Shown in pieces: positions 59,401 to 64,000 of a DNA stretch of 64,000 nucleotides (position 1 is its first letter; the number at the start of each line of letters is the position of its first letter). The notes beneath the pieces were generated by a model, which saw nothing but the letters and a program-made list of their open reading frames with translations, made no database searches and was not told the DNA's origin. The stretch comes from an uncultured delta proteobacterium (GTDB taxonomy: Bacteria > Myxococcota_A > Polyangia > Polyangiales > Polyangiaceae). The position numbers and the translations under genes are program-made. The stretch is from the NCBI GenBank assembly GCA_963782055.1, contig CAWAIF010000003.1, forward strand, positions 2,272,001 to 2,336,000. The letters are read 5' to 3'.

Positions 59401-60417
59401 TCACGTCTTTGGCGGGCGCGCGCGCCGGAACTCGGTCGGCGAGACTCCGCGCCAGCGCTTGAACGCCCGCGTGAACGCCGCCGGCCCGTTGAAGCCCACC
59501 GAGAAGGCGATCTCCTGCATCGAGAGCGCCCCCGCTTCGAGCTCGCGGACGGCGTGCTCCTCGCGCATCCGGTCGATGAGACGCTGGTAGGTCAGTCCTT
59601 GCTCGCCGAGCGCGCGCTGCAACGTCCGTTCACCGACGCCCAGTCGCGTCGCGAGCGTCGCGAGCGAGAGGCTGGAGTCGGAGAGGAGGTCCGGGATCAG
59701 CCGGCGCGCCCGGTCGAGCAAGTCGCGCTCCGACGGGACACGCGCGAGCAGATCGTCCGCGTGACGCCGCACAAGCCGGTGCAGCGCGAAGTTCGCCGAC
59801 ACGAGCGGGAGCGACAGCAGCTCCGCGCCGAAGACGAACTCGCCGACGGGTTGGGCGAACTCGACCGGGCACCCGAAGAGCGCCTCGTGCTCGCGCGCGT
59901 CGCTCGGCGCGCTCCGCATCAGGCGAACGACGCGAGGGTGGAAGTCCCCGGTCGTGGCGGCGCGGAAGCGCTTGAACGCTCCGGAGAAGAAGTAGTCCCA
60001 CGCGTGGACGAGCGGCTCGACCCAGCTCGGGGCGATCCAGTGCTGGAAGCGCGCGACGCCGCCGTCCACGACCAGCCCGATGCGCCAGATGTCGGTGATG
60101 ACGCGGTAGTACCGTTCGACGGCGCGACAGCCGTCACCCAGCGTCGGCGCGGTGAGAAAGAGGTAGTCGAGCACGTCGTAGCTCCCGAGCTCCGCGTGCT
60201 GCCCCGCGTGGAGGCCGAAGAAGGGATCGCCGCTCATCTCCGGCGCGAGGCCCCACGCCTGGGCGAGCACGACGGTGGGAATCGACGTGTCGATCTCGAG
60301 CTGGGCGGACGTCACCCCGACGCGTGAGCAGAGCTCGCCGGGGGCGACCCCCAGGGCCTTCGCGGAGCGCGTGAGCGCACGCAGCAGAACCATCGCGCTC
60401 GAGCCGGGTGCACGCAT
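59401..60417 (-). CDS. AraC family transcriptional regulator
   Basis: LGVGERTLQRAL, EIAFSVGF...AFTRAFKRWRGVSP. Confidence 0.93.
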   Translation of the reverse strand: MRAPGSSAMVLLRALTRSAKALGVAPGELCSRVGVTSAQLEIDTSIPTVVLAQAWGLAPEMSGDPFFGLHAGQHAELGSYDVLDYLFLTAPTLGDGCRAVERYYRVITDIWRIGLVVDGGVARFQHWIAPSWVEPLVHAWDYFFSGAFKRFRAATTGDFHPRVVRLMRSAPSDAREHEALFGCPVEFAQPVGEFVFGAELLSLPLVSANFALHRLVRRHADDLLARVPSERDLLDRARRLIPDLLSDSSLSLATLATRLGVGERTLQRALGEQGLTYQRLIDRMREEHAVRELEAGALSMQEIAFSVGFNGPAAFTRAFKRWRGVSPTEFRRARPPKT

Positions 60418-60740
60418 GGGGCTACGTGGAGAATCCTACCGCCTTTGGCCCCCGGTGTGGACACACCTCTTCTTCCCCCGTACGCGCGCCGCCGCAACGC
60501 CCACGGACCGTCGCGGGGCGCGACTGGTCGAGGAGCGCGCGACCATTGTGCGGGTAGCTGGCGCCTGCCGCGCGAACGGGTCCGCGGTGGTGGGTCACGA
60601 GGTTTGTCGGTCTCCGCCTGCTCGGGAAAGCCGTGGAGGCTCAGGAGAGGTTGGGCCCGCGAAGCAGACCACCCGCTGGTCACGGTGGAACGCGTTCGAC
60701 CTCCGGTTCCCGCAGCGGCGCCGACGTCCACCACCAAAAA

Positions 60741-62143
60741 TCACGACCCGGGGGCGTCGAACCTCGGGTCCGACCGCGCGGACAGGGGCCGGCGCGACGA
60801 GGGCCCGCCGAGGACGCGCGAGCGCAGCGAGTCGTAGATCGGAGCGCTACCCATCCACTGCGCCACCGTCATCGCGGCGAAGCTGGCGGCCAGCATCGGC
60901 AGCAAGCTGGTGAAGGCGGCTGTCATCTCGATCACCAGAACGATGCCGGTGACCGGCGCACGCACCACGCCGACGAAGAACGCCGCCATGCCGACCACCG
61001 CGAACGCCGCCGGGTCGATGCCGAGCCCGGGGAGGGCAGCGCGGGCGACGACGCCACACAACAGTCCCATCTGCGCGCCCAGCAGCAACAGCGGCGCGAA
61101 CAGTCCCCCGGGGGTGAAGGCGGAATGCGAGGCCGCCCCGAGCGCGTAGCGCACCGCGAAGTACGCCGGGATCGCGGCCGCAGTGAGCGACCCCGCGAGC
61201 AGGCGCACCGTCATGTCGGAGCCGCTCCCCACGAGCGCAGGGGAGACCCATGCCACGACGCCGACGACGGCGCCCATCCACGCCGCGTGGCCCACACCGC
61301 GACGCGACCGAGCCGCTCCGACGCGTCGGCGATGGCGAGGATCAGGCGGTTGTAGAGCGCCGCCACCGCCCCCACGAACGCGCCGAGCGCGATGTCGATC
61401 GGCCAGGTGGCCGCCGCGGCGTAGGAGAGCGGACCTGCTCCAGACAACGCGTGCGGCGAGACGACCACGTGCAGCACCGGGGCCGTCGCCGAGCATCAGC
61501 CGCGAGACGATGATGGCGGCCGACGAGGCGCCGATCGCGGCGACCGCGGTGCGATGCTCGAAGCGTCGCTCCAGCTCCTCGAGCACGAACACCGCACCCG
61601 CGATCGGCGCGTTGAACGCCGCCGCCAGCCCGGCGCCCGCACCGGCGGCGATCAGCGCTCGAACGTCGCGCCACGGCCGGCGCATCCTGTCGCCGAGGAT
61701 GCGCGCACCCGCCGCGCCCATCTGGACGCTCGGTCCCTCCGGGCCCAGGGCTAGCCCCGAGCCGATCGCGAGGACGCCACCCACGAACTTCACCAGGATG
61801 AGGCGCGCCAGCGGCACGAGCCGCATCTCGCGGCGAAGCGCCGCTTCGACCTGGGGGATGCGCTACCGGACGCCAGCGGCGAGTAGCGACGCACCAGCCA
61901 CGCCGCCGCGCTCACGCAAGCGCATGCGCCCCCCGCGACAAGCAGCAGCCCGAGGGGGCCGGGCAGCGCGTGCGAGGCCGCGACGAGGCGTCCACGCCAG
62001 CGGTCGGCGAGGCGCAGCGCGAGTCGGAACAAGGCCACGACCAGGCCGGCCCACGCGCCGGCGAGGACGGCCGCCGCCGCGAGCGCAACCACACCGGTCC
62101 GCTCTTCGGCAGCGTCGCCTTCGGGGGCCTTCTCCTCCCCCAT
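60741..62143 (-). pseudogene. clcA: ClC-family H+/Cl- transporter with several frameshifts
   Basis: GSGIP motif broken near 61860; GPEGPSVQMG, AAFNAP, GGLFAP, EMT, PIY; further shifts near 61480 and 61310. Confidence 0.85.
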
Positions 62144-63156
62144 CACGACCTGCGGCGCATCGCCGGCCCTCGCGCGCCGCGCGCGGTGTCCCAGAAGTGG
62201 CTGCCCTCCCCGAGATCCTGCAGCATCAGCAGCGGCACCGTGCCGTGAGCCAGCAGGTACTCCGTGACGCCGCCGAAGGAGCGTGCGGTGTCGCACGTCG
62301 AGCCGTGCGCCGACAGGACGATCAGGTCGGCACGCGCGTCGCGGGCGGCGTCGAGGAGCCCGCGCCCGCCGCTCGAATGGCGCGACACGACGCATCGAAC
62401 CAATCGCGCGACCGGCGCCAGCCCGCCTCGAGCGCGTGCGAGATACCGCTCCGCGCCGCTCTCCATTCGCTCGGCGAGTCTTCGCGCGAGCGCGACGTCC
62501 TCGTCCGCGGGGAGCAGGCCGACCGGAAGGCGGACGACGTGCGCCAGGATGATCTCCGCGCCGTGCGCGTTCGCCATCCGCGCCGCGGCCGGCAGGGCGG
62601 CCTCGGCCCTCGGTGACCCATCCAGCGGGACGAGGATGCGCCGCGTCCCGGCCCTGGCCTCGGCTCCAGGGCACCCGCGTCCCACGAACACGGAGCAACG
62701 CGCGCGTGCCAGCACGTGGCGCGAGGTGCGGCCGAGCGCCGCGCCGTCGCCCCCGCTGCCCCGCCCGAGCACGGTGACATCTGCGTGGAGCTCCCTGGCC
62801 AGATCGGCGATCCGCTCCGCCGCGCATCCCTGCTCGACCCGGGTGCCGACCGGTTCCCCCAGGACGCGCTCCAGCTTTCCCTGCAGCCACCCGACGTAGG
62901 CGCGCGACTCGCGAGTCTTGACGTCCCATTGCGGCACGTCGCCCGCGTGCGGCGCCCGGCGCTCGGGCCGGCGCTCCAGCACGTGCAGCAGGGAGACGCG
63001 CGCCGCGAAGGCGCGGGCGAGACCCGCGGCCTGCTTCACACACCAGAGGGAGAACCGGGACCGGTCGACGCAGGCGAGAACGTGGCGCCGGCGAGCGGGC
63101 TCGGCGAATGACAGGGAACCAGGTGTCGCTGCCAACATGGACGCCCTCGTGAGCAA
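62143..63156 (-). CDS. Universal stress protein, tandem USP domains
   Basis: VLACVDRS, ILVPLDGS, ADLIVLSAHG, FGGVTEYLL. Confidence 0.88.
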   Translation of the reverse strand: MLTRASMLAATPGSLSFAEPARRRHVLACVDRSRFSLWCVKQAAGLARAFAARVSLLHVLERRPERRAPHAGDVPQWDVKTRESRAYVGWLQGKLERVLGEPVGTRVEQGCAAERIADLARELHADVTVLGRGSGGDGAALGRTSRHVLARARCSVFVGRGCPGAEARAGTRRILVPLDGSPRAEAALPAAARMANAHGAEIILAHVVRLPVGLLPADEDVALARRLAERMESGAERYLARARGGLAPVARLVRCVVSRHSSGGRGLLDAARDARADLIVLSAHGSTCDTARSFGGVTEYLLAHGTVPLLMLQDLGEGSHFWDTARGARGPAMRRRS

Positions 63157-63284
63157 GGGCCATGCCGCCCGCGAGCGTCGCGGTTGTCCCGCGTTCAGAG
63201 GAGCGCGGTGCTCGACTGGCAGACCGCCGGCTCACGCTGTGGCCGCGCTGGCTCACCGGCTTCCACTCCAATGGGCGCCTGCTG

Positions 63285-64000
63285 CTACAACGCCAGCGAC
63301 TCGAGCGACAGCGTCGCGATCACGTCGAGCAGCGCATCGCACAGCGAGTCGAGCCGCGCCACCAGCGCGTCGCTGCTCTCGCTGTCGTCCCGCATCGCCG
63401 CGTCCTCCAGCGCCGCGGCGACACCGGCCGTGACCGTCGAGAACGCACCCACCGTTCCCACGAGTTGATGCGCCGCTTCGCGCAGCTCCTCCAGATCGCC
63501 GCTCGCCAGCGCCGCGTGAACGCGCGCCATCTGCACCGGCAGGGTGCGCCGGAACACGCCGCGCAACTTCTCGAAGACCGACGCCTGCTTCCCACAGGCG
63601 CGGAGAATCGCCCTCGCGTCGAGCAGGCCCGGCTCGATCGTCCGTGGCGCTCTCGCGTCGATCGGCCAGTCGGCGACCAGTCGATCCATGACCGCCCACA
63701 GGGCCGCGGCCTCGATGGGCTTCGCCAGGAACTCGTCCATGCCGGCGGCGAGGCAGCGCTCGCGATCGCGCGCCGACGAACGCGCGGTCAGCGCGACGAT
63801 GCGTAGGTGCTCGTGCGTTCCGCGCTCGTGCTCGCGGATCGCTTCGACGACCTCGAATCCGTCGAGCTCCGGCATGTGAAGGTCGAGCAGCATCAGATCG
63901 AACTCACCCTGCAATGCGAGCTCGAGCGCTGCACGACCGTCGCTCGCGAACTGCGCGACGTGCCGGTGCTGCCTCAGGAGCTCCCTCAAGAGCGTGACGT
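63285..64000 (-). CDS. Receiver + Hpt domains, probably C-terminus of a hybrid histidine kinase (partial)
   Basis: LLDLHMPELDG, ALTA, MDEFLAKP, AHQLVG; runs off the window end. Confidence 0.88.
   Translation of the reverse strand, partial: VTLLRELLRQHRHVAQFASDGRAALELALQGEFDLMLLDLHMPELDGFEVVEAIREHERGTHEHLRIVALTARSSARDRERCLAAGMDEFLAKPIEAAALWAVMDRLVADWPIDARAPRTIEPGLLDARAILRACGKQASVFEKLRGVFRRTLPVQMARVHAALASGDLEELREAAHQLVGTVGAFSTVTAGVAAALEDAAMRDDSESSDALVARLDSLCDALLDVIATLSLESLAL

Noticed and set aside
1..64000. Integron cassette array
   Set aside because: No tyrosine integrase, no recurrent RYYYAAC...GTTRRRY attC sites seen, and genes lie on both strands.
1..64000. CRISPR array, cas genes, tRNA or rRNA
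   Set aside because: No regularly spaced repeats or recognisable RNA genes found by eye.

Overview
High-GC 64-kb accessory region, probably from a myxobacterium (Polyangiaceae/Labilithrix-like; inferred from the many Cys-rich lipoproteins with Asp-Ala-Gly linkers). The first 13 kb holds mobile DNA: a class IIC group II intron with a frameshifted RT, a three-gene DDE/AAA transposon and an IS4 element with a 10-bp target duplication. Most of the rest is a mosaic of about 45 unrelated 1-3-gene units, many encoding secreted proteins or lipoproteins. Three patterns stand out. (1) Spacers between units repeatedly contain decayed pieces of an IS91-family (HUH/Y2) transposase. (2) Units are often bordered by truncated fragments of unrelated genes. 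(3) At least 13 genes have a TANNNT -10 box 6-7 nt upstream of the start codon, suggesting leaderless, self-contained expression. Together these suggest a gene-capture array built by rolling-circle elements (inference). A radical SAM/SPASM enzyme coupled to a YG-motif lipoprotein (candidate splicease system) is the best biosynthetic lead. Family calls are from remembered motifs; no searches were run.
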